From an uncultured Thermococci archaeon (GTDB lineage Archaea > Methanobacteriota_B > Thermococci > Thermococcales > Thermococcaceae): a stretch of 26,099 nt of DNA. The position numbers and the translations under genes are program-made. The stretch covers positions 1 to 26,099 of the forward strand of contig CAZAPD010000049.1 in the NCBI GenBank assembly GCA_964487115.1, given 5' to 3'. Below, one piece after another: positions 9,312 through 18,203 of this stretch. A model generated the notes under the pieces. That model had not been told where the DNA came from and did not search any database. It saw nothing but the letters and a program-made list of their open reading frames with translations. Numbering within the stretch: the stretch's first letter is position 1; each line of letters opens with the position of its first letter.

Positions 9312-10991
9312 TCACACCTTCCATCCCAGTTCCCTAAACACTTCCTCCACCTTTTCTCTCAGCCTCTCCTCCTCCTGGAAGAGTTTCGAAAGCTCCTCGC
9401 TGTACTCCCTCATTTTCTCTTCAAACGTCCTCTCGTCGTCGAACTCCAGCTTGACACCCACATACCTTCCAGGGGTGAGCACGTAGTTGTTCTTGGCTAT
9501 ATCTTCAATTGTGGCCACCTTTGCAAACCCTATCTCATCTATCTCGTCCAGTCTGCCTTCTTCAAAGAGCCTGAACTTCTCGACTATCCTCTGAATGTGC
9601 TCCTCAGTCATTACGTTTTGTCTTCTCGAAACCTGTTTGTAGAGGTTCTTGGCGTTTATGAAAAGTACCTTCCCCTTCATGTGCTCGGGTTTCTTCTTTC
9701 TCATAAACCACAGCGAGACGGGTAGTGAAACGTTGTAAAACAGTTTAGGCGGTGCGGCAACTATCCCATAAACGAAGTCTTTTTCCACAAGCTTCTTTCG
9801 TATCTTCCCCTCTACTCCACCCCCTGATAGGGCCCCATTGGCCATTACAAATCCCGTTTTTCCGCTGGGGTTCAGGTGATACAGGAAATGGAGTATCCAC
9901 ATGTAGTTCGCGTTGTTGTCAGGTGGAATAAGGACCTCCTCATCACTAACAATCTTGATTCTCGGGTCATCCTCGCTTATCTTATCTGCTCCCCACTTGC
10001 TATCGTTGAATGGAGGATTCGAAACCACGAAATCAAATCTATCGTGCATGAACTTGTCATCATGGTATGAATCCCCTAATCTGATGTCTCCCTCGGCCCC
10101 TCTTATGGCTAGGTTCATTTTGCATATCTTCCACGGTCCTTCTTTTGACTCCTGGCCGTATATGGCGAGTTTTGTTGGATCTACCCCTTCCCTCTCCAAT
10201 GCTGCAACGAAGAATCCACCGCTACCACATGCTGGATCAAATATTTTGCCCTCCTTCACGTCGAGGATTTCAATGATAAGTCTTGTGAGTGAACGCGGTG
10301 TGTAGAACTCCCCTCCCTTCTGGCCTTCAACTTGGGCAAATTTTCCGAGGAAGTATTCGTATATTCTCCCGAAGAGATCCCTTCCATCCTTGCCCTTCCC
10401 AAAGTCGATATCTGTAAACAGATTGATCAGATATGCCAGGTCATCCGGGGACAGGTTGATCTCAGCGTATCTTTTGGGTATGACGTCGGCCAGCTGATCG
10501 GGATACATTTCTTCAAGGGTTGAAATGGCGTTGTCTATTATCTCCCCTATGTTGGGCTGGTTGGCGTTCTTCTTGAAGTACTCCCATCTTGTTTTCTCGG
10601 GGAGATAGAAAACCCCTGCCTCTATATAATACTCCTCATCCTCAATGGCGGCCCTTCTCATCTCTGGGTCTTCGATATAATCCTCACTCGTGGGATCCCC
10701 AAATCTCTTTTCCAGTTCGGCTCTCCTTCTCTCAAAGGCCTCTGACAGGTATCTCAGGAATATAAGCCCAAGAACTATGTACTTATACTCGTGAACCTCG
10801 ACTTTCTTCCTCAGTTTGTCGGCGGCGGCCCATAACTTCCTTTCAAGCTCGGGCTCCAGTTCATAATACTCTTCAACTTTATCCTTCTTTACCTTCTCAG
10901 CCTTCGATTTCTTTTTCTTACCTTTTACCATCTTGTTCTCCCCTTTCTCCTTCTTGAATGATTGGGAAAGATATTCATCCAGCGTCGGCAT
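9312..10991 (-). CDS. hsdM: Type I R-M methyltransferase subunit M (m6A)
   Basis: LWAAADKLR, GEFYTP, DPACGSGG, NPPFN; probable start is the ATG at 10991 after GGTGG. Confidence 0.97.
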   Translation of the reverse strand: MPTLDEYLSQSFKKEKGENKMVKGKKKKSKAEKVKKDKVEEYYELEPELERKLWAAADKLRKKVEVHEYKYIVLGLIFLRYLSEAFERRRAELEKRFGDPTSEDYIEDPEMRRAAIEDEEYYIEAGVFYLPEKTRWEYFKKNANQPNIGEIIDNAISTLEEMYPDQLADVIPKRYAEINLSPDDLAYLINLFTDIDFGKGKDGRDLFGRIYEYFLGKFAQVEGQKGGEFYTPRSLTRLIIEILDVKEGKIFDPACGSGGFFVAALEREGVDPTKLAIYGQESKEGPWKICKMNLAIRGAEGDIRLGDSYHDDKFMHDRFDFVVSNPPFNDSKWGADKISEDDPRIKIVSDEEVLIPPDNNANYMWILHFLYHLNPSGKTGFVMANGALSGGGVEGKIRKKLVEKDFVYGIVAAPPKLFYNVSLPVSLWFMRKKKPEHMKGKVLFINAKNLYKQVSRRQNVMTEEHIQRIVEKFRLFEEGRLDEIDEIGFAKVATIEDIAKNNYVLTPGRYVGVKLEFDDERTFEEKMREYSEELSKLFQEEERLREKVEEVFRELGWKV

Positions 10992-11103
10992 GAATACCAC
11001 CGAGCGATTTAAGTCTGTACAGAATTGTGTTCGTCTTGCCTTATGAATTTTCCGTATTCATCCCTTTGTAAAAAAAGAAAACATGAATGTGGCCCCTATA
11101 GCT

Positions 11104-11409
11104 CTATGCAATTCCAAGCTTCGGTATCTCGATACTATCCAATTCCTTAAAGGGCCAAAGACTGGCGATATCTCCCTCCCTGTCAGAGATTATAACGCCC
11201 TCCCTAGTGAAGTTAAGGGTCTTAATTTTCCTTCCATCCTTACGGTATATCTCATAAAGAACAGTCTCAATGATTTTTTCCATGAATTGCTTATTCTCTG
11301 CTGTATAATAAAAATGTTCGTTCACGTAAACCCTTAGTATCTCAATGCCCCTCTTTCGCTCAAAGGTATCCAACTTTTCATCCAATCTATCTACCTGTTT
11401 TCCCTGCAT
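11104..11409 (-). CDS. Hypothetical protein, possibly the frameshifted C-terminus of the upstream nuclease
   Basis: 101-aa ORF overlapping the upstream ORF by 23 nt in the +1 frame. Confidence 0.5.
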   Translation of the reverse strand: MQGKQVDRLDEKLDTFERKRGIEILRVYVNEHFYYTAENKQFMEKIIETVLYEIYRKDGRKIKTLNFTREGVIISDREGDIASLWPFKELDSIEIPKLGIA

Positions 11410-12244
11410 GAAACCAGATATACACCTTCCTGAATCCTGAGCCGTATTTCAGAGCTTCAACATTCATCTTGTGTTGTAAATCCGCCTTATTTTCACAAAA
11501 GAGTGCCCATGCTATCTCTATTAGGTTTTTACTATACTTTCTTTGTTTTTTGCCTGGTATTATTCCATCGTTCACCTTGGAAAGGATAATGTCTACACCC
11601 TCATGGCTGAGGGTTACCATTAATTTTTCCGCCTGCCCTTCTACGTCATATTTACCGGAATAATGCTCCCAGAAATTTTTGAGCTCAATCGCAATAAGTG
11701 TTTTATCGCTCCAATCTATTATGAGGATGTCCGCTATCTTATCGGCATCGGATTTTCTACCTCTATTTGAGTCCTCTGTTCCTGGCCTTGTTCGTATCTT
11801 GTATATAGGAAGTACAAAGATATCCCTCCCCAGTTCCCTGTACTCTTCCAGCACTTTTTCTAAGCTCTCGTAAACAAGATCTTCTAGGAACCTCCCCTTC
11901 CAGAACGCCACTTTGCTGTGGGGAAGTTCTCCGCTGGCAATCCGCTTTGCTAGGGCTTCGTAAAATTTTCCCTCTATCTCCGAATACATGTCCAGGATAT
12001 CGTTTATGTAACCGTACATAGTTTTCTCATCTTTTATTCTCACTCCCATATCGGGCTCTGCCTGAAACGCTTCTATCATCTCCTCCGTTAGCCTTCCCTC
12101 TTTTAGCATTTCCAACATCGCATGAATGAACACATCCCAATACTCAAATACTGAATGCCTGTATCTCTTCTTAATACACTCTTCCAACTTTGCCCTACTA
12201 ATTTTTCTACCCTTATTCTCAACTAACATTAACTCCTTAACCAT
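11387..12244 (-). CDS. PD-(D/E)XK nuclease-family protein
   Basis: KGRFLEDLV...IADILII...IAIELKN pattern; GAGGTGG RBS. Confidence 0.7.
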   Translation of the reverse strand: MVKELMLVENKGRKISRAKLEECIKKRYRHSVFEYWDVFIHAMLEMLKEGRLTEEMIEAFQAEPDMGVRIKDEKTMYGYINDILDMYSEIEGKFYEALAKRIASGELPHSKVAFWKGRFLEDLVYESLEKVLEEYRELGRDIFVLPIYKIRTRPGTEDSNRGRKSDADKIADILIIDWSDKTLIAIELKNFWEHYSGKYDVEGQAEKLMVTLSHEGVDIILSKVNDGIIPGKKQRKYSKNLIEIAWALFCENKADLQHKMNVEALKYGSGFRKVYIWFHAGKTGR

Positions 12245-12948
12245 ACTACCACCTCAGGAAAGAGTTCTCAAGAAACGGGGGCCTTTGTGTCCTGTTTCAT
12301 TACCCTGAGATTTTGAACCTTTGAGAATTTTATTTAATTAATAAGATTCATTAAACCACTAAGAACCTAGTTAGACACCTTGAGCATCTGTCACTCGTTC
12401 TCTTCCCGTTTTTAGAATTAAAAGGAAAGGAAACACAGGGTGCAAGGTTGGAATGATTTAGAAGGTTAAGTTAATGTTAGAAGTGTTGTGTTTGTAGGAT
12501 TGTTGATATTGTTAGAGTTTGATTATTTTTGTCCCCCATATATAATATAGGGAAAACTATGTAAATTAGCTAATTTTTAATTTTTGTTACCTTTAAATGC
12601 TTTATGGTTAGAATAGGTATGTTAGTTATTATTTCTCAAATATCCATTACATAATTTGTTATAAAACCTTAATATTCGTACTCATACCCTTCACAATAAC
12701 ATAACCCCTTACTATCTACCCCCCTTTCACTCTCTCCTTCAATAATAATACATCAAATACATACTATCCTAACCTACTCATACACTTATACATACTACCT
12801 ACTACTCTCTCTTAATCTCCCTATCTTTCTATCAATACTCAACACTCACATGGAGATATGTTTCAAAATGGTATATACCGAATGGGAAAGATAAAAACGG
12901 CAGATAGACCCTCAATTAAACGATTAAAAGGGAGGGGAAATTTGGAAT
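12245..12948. other. AT-rich non-coding region with opposing C-free and G-free tracts, possible relic origin
   Basis: No C in 12444-12532 and no G in 12679-12851. Confidence 0.45.
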
Positions 12949-13791
12949 TCAAAAAACAACCTTATTCCCCAAGATTTCTGAGAGTGTTGGGTTTAATGAT
13001 TTTTCAAGGTACTTATACGAGCGGGCGTATTCTCTTTTAGCCTGGTTAAATAGATCTAGATAGTGGATACTCATTATCGAACCTGTTGAGTGGCCGACCA
13101 TGTATTTAACCACGCTTTCTGGAACTCTTGCTTCAAACATCTTGTTTATGAACCATTTTCGGGCGTACTTGAGGCGAACCCCTTTCCTTTTGGAGAGGTA
13201 GGAACGTAGAGTTACGTATGTGGTGTTGGGGAATGGTTTGAGGAGCGAGGCAATATAGGGGGGCATAAAAGCCACGAAGGAGTTTTTGGTTTTTCGGGTC
13301 CATGAAAGTTGATAGTATGCAATGGTGGTTCCATTCACTCTTTCTGTCTTTAAGCGATTCTCATCAAATTCTGTTACTATCTTCAACGCCTCCTTTATCC
13401 TTATACCTCCAAAAACTACCAACAACGCAACTAACAATGCGTCCTCTCTCTTGCTAACGGCCTTAATCCAACTTTGAATCTCTTCGTTCGTGGGGAAATA
13501 CAAATCCGGTTTGGACTCGTGGGTTCGTAAGAGTCTCTTCAACTTAATGGCTGTCTCCTCCAACATCCAGTCATTTTCTAGGTAGAAGTTTATCAGGTTC
13601 CTTATGGCCAAACTCAGGTGATGTCTCCCTACCTTGGTATTGTCCATCAACCTTCTCAAATCTTCAATGCTCCAGATTTCTGTATCCCCAAAATATCTAT
13701 CCAAGGAAGAGATATACTTCCTTCTTGTTTCCTCTGTTACTCTATTCTCTAGCCATTTAGTGAATTCTTCCCTAACAGGCCTGTATATCAA
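12949..13791 (-). CDS. int: Integrase C-terminal fragment Int(C), archaeal SSV1-type tyrosine recombinase
   Basis: GGIRIKE (R), RKTK (K), LKYARK (KxxR), MVGH and HY (catalytic Tyr); abuts the right att site. Confidence 0.93.
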   Translation of the reverse strand: MIYRPVREEFTKWLENRVTEETRRKYISSLDRYFGDTEIWSIEDLRRLMDNTKVGRHHLSLAIRNLINFYLENDWMLEETAIKLKRLLRTHESKPDLYFPTNEEIQSWIKAVSKREDALLVALLVVFGGIRIKEALKIVTEFDENRLKTERVNGTTIAYYQLSWTRKTKNSFVAFMPPYIASLLKPFPNTTYVTLRSYLSKRKGVRLKYARKWFINKMFEARVPESVVKYMVGHSTGSIMSIHYLDLFNQAKREYARSYKYLEKSLNPTLSEILGNKVVF

Positions 13792-13802
13792 AATTGGAGC
13801 CG

Positions 13803-13860
13803 CTGGAGAGTCCGTGGGCGTCCAGCCCGCCAGGGTTCAAATCCCTGCCCCGGCGCCAAA
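13803..13860 (+). repeat. Right att site, partial tRNA-Ser copy
   Basis: 58-bp identity to 1643-1700. Confidence 0.97.
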
Positions 13861-13885
13861 CAAACTTTGCTTGCGCAAAGTTTGT
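13860..13885. repeat. Inverted repeat with an 11-bp stem downstream of the original tRNA end
   Basis: ACAAACTTTGC-ttgc-GCAAAGTTTGT. Confidence 0.8.
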
Positions 13886-14070
13886 ATGTCCCTTTTAAAC
13901 TCGTAATTTTCCAAGTGGTTTTTAGCTCAAATCGCTGTTTTCAATGTTTCACTGCACTCGGCGCTCTTCGAGCGCCTAAAATGGGAAAACCTGCTAAAAA
14001 GCCTGTTTTTCCATAGGATATTATTACATTCCAAAACATTCACCAGTTAAGTCAAGAATATTAACGGTTA

Positions 14071-14745
14071 TTAAAGCTTTTTCTGCTCGATTTTTTGTTT
14101 TTCATTGAGTAGTTCTAGTATCTCCTTAAAACTACCCTCTCTTTTTACAATCGCTGAATGGGAAAAAACTATATTTTTGCCAATTTCGTACTTGCCGCTT
14201 TTAATGATTTCTCCCATTTCTTTCAATAAGTGATCCATTGCAACATCCCCTTTCAGAGGGGGACCTCTAATAGTCTTCGCAGCTTTTACTCTCCCCTCTT
14301 CTATTTGGAGACTCCAAGAAATCTCGCTGTTATGAACTATTAATTCACCGTGATAAGATTTCAGTAGCTGGAGAATTTCTTCAAGGTTTTCCCCAGGTAT
14401 TTGGTCAGGAGGAGTATGTAACTTAAACCGTGCTTTAGGATAATCTCGGAAGATAGAATTTACAGGATATTCGTATATTTCTACTGCTGTTACCTTTCTG
14501 TGTCGAGAAGCAGTGAGGATCTCATCCAGAGCCTCTCTTCCTTGGAAAACTTTGTTGTCTGAGTGATGCTCGACTATTAGACCTACTATTTCGTGATTAG
14601 ATACTAGGATATAGCCTGTTTTCAATTCTTCATTGTCCCTCCATGAAGCTTTTAAATACCCCTCATATACCTTGCTTAAAAGCCCCTCCACGTTTTCGTA
14701 GTCAGGGATTACGGATATAAATTTCCCAGGTAGCATGCGAAGCAC
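14071..14745 (-). CDS. DUF2226-like protein
   Basis: LPGK..., GYLKAS...GYILVSNHEIVG, and a second similar module (IEEGRVKAA...LKGDVAM); sits beside a roadblock gene. Confidence 0.6.
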   Translation of the reverse strand: MLRMLPGKFISVIPDYENVEGLLSKVYEGYLKASWRDNEELKTGYILVSNHEIVGLIVEHHSDNKVFQGREALDEILTASRHRKVTAVEIYEYPVNSIFRDYPKARFKLHTPPDQIPGENLEEILQLLKSYHGELIVHNSEISWSLQIEEGRVKAAKTIRGPPLKGDVAMDHLLKEMGEIIKSGKYEIGKNIVFSHSAIVKREGSFKEILELLNEKQKIEQKKL

Positions 14746-14772
14746 CCCCGATAAACAAAAAGAAATAAATTT

Positions 14773-15126
14773 TTAAAGCATTGATGCTACTTTCTGTGCG
14801 TTTCTCTTTAGATAAATCCTAACCAGACCCAGATTGACTTTCGGGTCGGTGAGGACTGTGAGAACTGCGTTTTCCCCGGCCTCGACTGTTATTATTTTCC
14901 CCTTGGGCGATTCGAGCGTCACCATGTCAACTGCTTCCTCATGAAAAACTTCATTGCTGACGTTTAGAGATGTGCCGTAAATTGTGGCCACCATAGCGGA
15001 AGTGCTTTCCACGTCAATGGTTCTATCACTAGCCTGCCCTTCAATGAGGAGGCCATCCTTGCTGACTATCGCAACTCCTTTGACTCCATCGACCCTGAGA
15101 AGGTCGGCTATAACATTCTCAAACAT
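14773..15126 (-). CDS. Roadblock/LC7 (MglB-like) domain protein
   Basis: VDGVKGVAIVSKDGLLI...SAMVA...NLGLVR; GGTGA RBS. Confidence 0.92.
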   Translation of the reverse strand: MFENVIADLLRVDGVKGVAIVSKDGLLIEGQASDRTIDVESTSAMVATIYGTSLNVSNEVFHEEAVDMVTLESPKGKIITVEAGENAVLTVLTDPKVNLGLVRIYLKRNAQKVASML

Positions 15127-15132
15127 TTTTCA

Positions 15133-15615
15133 TCACCCCAGTATCAGCATATCAACTTCTACGTGCTTATCTGAAACGCGGATCCCCTTTATAAGGGTGT
15201 TCTTCCCGCTAAACTTCTTTATGGCAGCGGCAATGGCGTTAGCCATTGGATATAGGACTGGCTTCATACCTTTCTTTTCTAACAACTGGAGAGAATAGAG
15301 ATCCATTGGATTATTAAGTTTGAGTGTTACTTTATTTCCCTGAACGTCGATTTCACCACTTTCTGCAAATCCAAAAGTGTTAATCATGACTTCTGTGAAC
15401 CTGTTTAAGAGTTCTTGGGGATCGTCGCTACCTTCAAAATTGAGGCCGTATTCTTCGACCATTGTGTTTAATACTTCCTCTCCAATGGATGTTCCTAATC
15501 CCCTGGCACCGGTTCCAAGGACTTTGTATATTCCATAAAGTATCAGGTTATTTACTTTTGTTGCCATTTCTTCTGACCTGTCTTCCATCCTTTTCACGAC
15601 CTTCGCCTCCGTCAT
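15133..15615 (-). CDS. V4R/H-NOX-like ligand-binding protein (hypothetical)
   Basis: Alpha/beta pattern LGTGARGLGTSIGEE...FGFAES...VTLKL; GGAGG RBS before the ATG at 15615. The longer ORF-track start is unlikely. Confidence 0.55.
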   Translation of the reverse strand: MTEAKVVKRMEDRSEEMATKVNNLILYGIYKVLGTGARGLGTSIGEEVLNTMVEEYGLNFEGSDDPQELLNRFTEVMINTFGFAESGEIDVQGNKVTLKLNNPMDLYSLQLLEKKGMKPVLYPMANAIAAAIKKFSGKNTLIKGIRVSDKHVEVDMLILG

Positions 15616-15915
15616 CAGATGCATCCTCCCAAGTGGGCTGCTATCTGAACAAAAAAGTGATTTTTTTTTGAGTATATAATTTTTTCTCTTCAACTTTGGG
15701 AGATATGCCCTTAAAAGTAGGTACAGATATAATCGCCTAATTTAGCATATAGGGGACAATTTTGAGTATTGCTATTTTTCTTTGTTTTGTTTGTTGAACA
15801 GTGTGGTACCTATTATCAGATTATAACACCTAGATTTTTATGTTTTCTTGATTCAAAACGTTTAAAAGGAGGAGTATCATCATGATACCATCAAGTTTGG
15901 TTGAGGTGTGGTAGG

Positions 15916-16281
15916 ATGGGACTTTTGAAGAGGATAAAATCACTTTTTAAACCCGAAAATGAAGTCGAACTCGAAGATTTTAAAGAAAGAATTAAACGGA
16001 AATATGGGTTTATGGATTTTATTTATGTTACTAATGAAGGGCTTCCAATATTGGGGACGTTCTCCAATTGCGAAGAATTTTCTGCTAAAGTTCCTGAACT
16101 GTTAAAGATCCTCTCTCAATTTGTGCTGTCTGAGCATTATATAATAATTACTGAGGGGAGTGTATATAATATCATTGTTATTAACAAGGAAGTGGTTTTT
16201 ATCGGGACAAGTACCCGTCCCCTCTCCAAAGAACGAATAGAAAAACTTGTCAATGAAACAAAAAGAGAGTTGAACATATAA
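15916..16281 (+). CDS. Divergent roadblock/profilin-like protein (hypothetical)
   Basis: GFMDFIYVTNEGLPILG resembles the roadblock beta-hairpin; GAGGTG RBS; TTTAAAA box near 15861. Confidence 0.55.
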   Translation: MGLLKRIKSLFKPENEVELEDFKERIKRKYGFMDFIYVTNEGLPILGTFSNCEEFSAKVPELLKILSQFVLSEHYIIITEGSVYNIIVINKEVVFIGTSTRPLSKERIEKLVNETKRELNI

Positions 16282-16479
16282 CACTTATTTTTCTGCTGAC
16301 GTCATCGAAATAAGAGTCAATTCTCTTAAAAAATTAAAAAAATTGAAGAATGTCATGTTTGTTTTTCAGGTATTTCATCCACACCGACTCCCGGTTTTTT
16401 AGTCACTCTGTATATAATCCTGTTTTCAACTAGAGTTTTGAGAATTACTCTTTCGTTTAGATCCGGGAATTTACCGATC

Positions 16480-16735
16480 TTTTTCTCCCAAAGGGATATA
16501 TTTGGCAATGAGATCTCATATCTTCCTCACCCCTACCTCGTTTCCTCCATCGCCGATTCCTGTGCTGAATATTCTCAACTCTCTCGCTCTTTCAATGATC
16601 CAGTCAAAGGTTTCTCTTATTATCTTCATACCATTTCATAGAGTAACAGCTTTCGTCTAGGGCTTTTCTTGGTGTCCCAATAGCAATTATTAGGGAATAA
16701 TCAGCAATTCTTGGGTCTCTGACAAACTTGATGCT
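16480..16735 (-). pseudogene. Remnant of a DUF4392 / D-glutamate cyclase-like gene
   Basis: DYSLIIAIGTPRKALDESCYSM, then a frameshift, then ...FDWIIERARELRIFSTGIGDGGNEVG (16560-16537 encodes GIGDGGNE) and an in-frame stop. Confidence 0.75.
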
Positions 16736-18118
16736 GTCCTCCTCAAGCCTCGCCTGGTAGGCTATCTTCACAGTAAAGCCGTCCTCTATGGACTGCGTTA
16801 TGAAGTACCTGTCGAGGTAGGGCCTATAGCCGAAGGTGGCGTAGGTGTCGCGTCCTTTCTTTGCTATTGGAGTTCCTGTAAAGGCGAAGAAGGACGCGCT
16901 CTTAAGTATCGAGCGCATAGTCGAAGCAAGCTCACCATACTGGGTTCTGTGGCCTTCGTCTATGAGAACCACAACGTCCCTGCGATTCGTTATTGTCTTT
17001 CTTCTCCGGCTTTCCCTCTTGAGCCCCTCCAGCACGTCATTGAGGTCCTCGGTGCGGAACTTGTGAATGAGCGTGATGAACGTTCCCCTCTTTCCATCGG
17101 CGTGGGTTAGGACTTCCTTGAGCTTCTTGATTGAATCTATGACTTCAAAGCTCAGCCCCACAGCTTTAAGCTCGCCGCTCAGCTGTCTCTCAAGTTCCTT
17201 CCTGTCAACGACGAAGAAAATTGTGGGGTTGCCGAGCAGACGCTTGATTTTATAGGCTGAGAATATCATGGTCAGCGTCTTCCCGCTTCCCTGCCAGTGC
17301 CAGATTAAACCCCTGTTTCTTTCCGTCTCGCCCCTCGCGTAGGCCAGAGCGATGCTCACTATCTCCCTAACCGCCCGGTACTGCATGTACCTCGGCAGAA
17401 CCTTGGTAAAGGCTCCACCGCTCTCGCGGTAGAAGGTGAAGTAGCGGAGGACGTCGAGGAGGGTCTCAGGTTTTAAAAGCTCAACCAGGTTGTCCAGCTC
17501 ATCAAAGCTCTCGCCCTTCCATTGATAGACCGGAACACTGCTGAGCCACGGCACTATGGGGAAATAGACGGGTTTATCCCCGACGGCAACGCCCATCTGG
17601 ATATACTTGAAGAGCTCGGGCATCTCCTTCTCGTAGTCCTTAATCTGCTCGTATGCTTTTTTCCAGCTCACGTCCAGCCTTTTGCACTCAATGATGACCA
17701 GCGGAATGCCGTTGACGTAGAGGATTAGGTCGGGTATCTTGGTCTTAAACGGGTAGCCGACCTGGTTGGCAACGAGGAACTCGTTGCTTTGGAGGTTTTC
17801 ATAGTCAATGAGCATCAGCCTCTTGGGCTCACCGGTTTCTTCATCCTTCACGGGAACGCCGTTCTTGAGATAGTCGAGAACCCTGCGGGAGCCTTCAACG
17901 CCGAAGGGACTCGCTTTAAGGAGGTTGATTGCCTCCCCCGCTTCCTTCTCGCTAACTCTGTTTATCCTAACTATCGCATTCTTTAGCCTTGAGATTAAGA
18001 GAGGCTCGTTCTCGTTTTCGAGAACCTCGATGCCCCTCTTATACTTCCAGCCCTCCGATTCCAGCCGCTTGATGATGGGCTTCTCGCACTGGAGGTATTC
18101 GGGGGTTTGAGCAGGCAT
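16736..18118 (-). pseudogene. hsdR: Truncated type I HsdR (nuclease and first RecA domain only)
   Basis: PDLILYVNGIPLVIIECK, HWQGSGKT, DEGH and FTGTP present; motifs IV-VI and the C-terminus absent; AGGTGA RBS before the ATG at 18118. Confidence 0.92.
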
Positions 18119-18203
18119 GAGGGTCACCTGTTTATTTGTAAACATCGGAACCATCAGAGAGGTTGGATGTTTATGATTAAAACAGTTTTCGAAAATTAAA
18201 ACA

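Larger units (their letters stand above)
1643..13860. mobile_element. tRNA-Ser-integrated element (12,160 bp between repeats) with split SSV1-type integrase and defence cargo
   Basis: 58-bp direct repeats, integrase N- and C-fragments at the two ends, R-M cargo. Confidence 0.95.

Noticed and set aside
11396..11406. GGGAAAA as a programmed -1 slippery site
   Set aside because: The downstream ORF is in the +1 frame and the heptamer is out of phase.
15874..15888. TrmBL1 TGM site
   Set aside because: Half-sites and spacing differ from TATCAC-N5-GTGATA.
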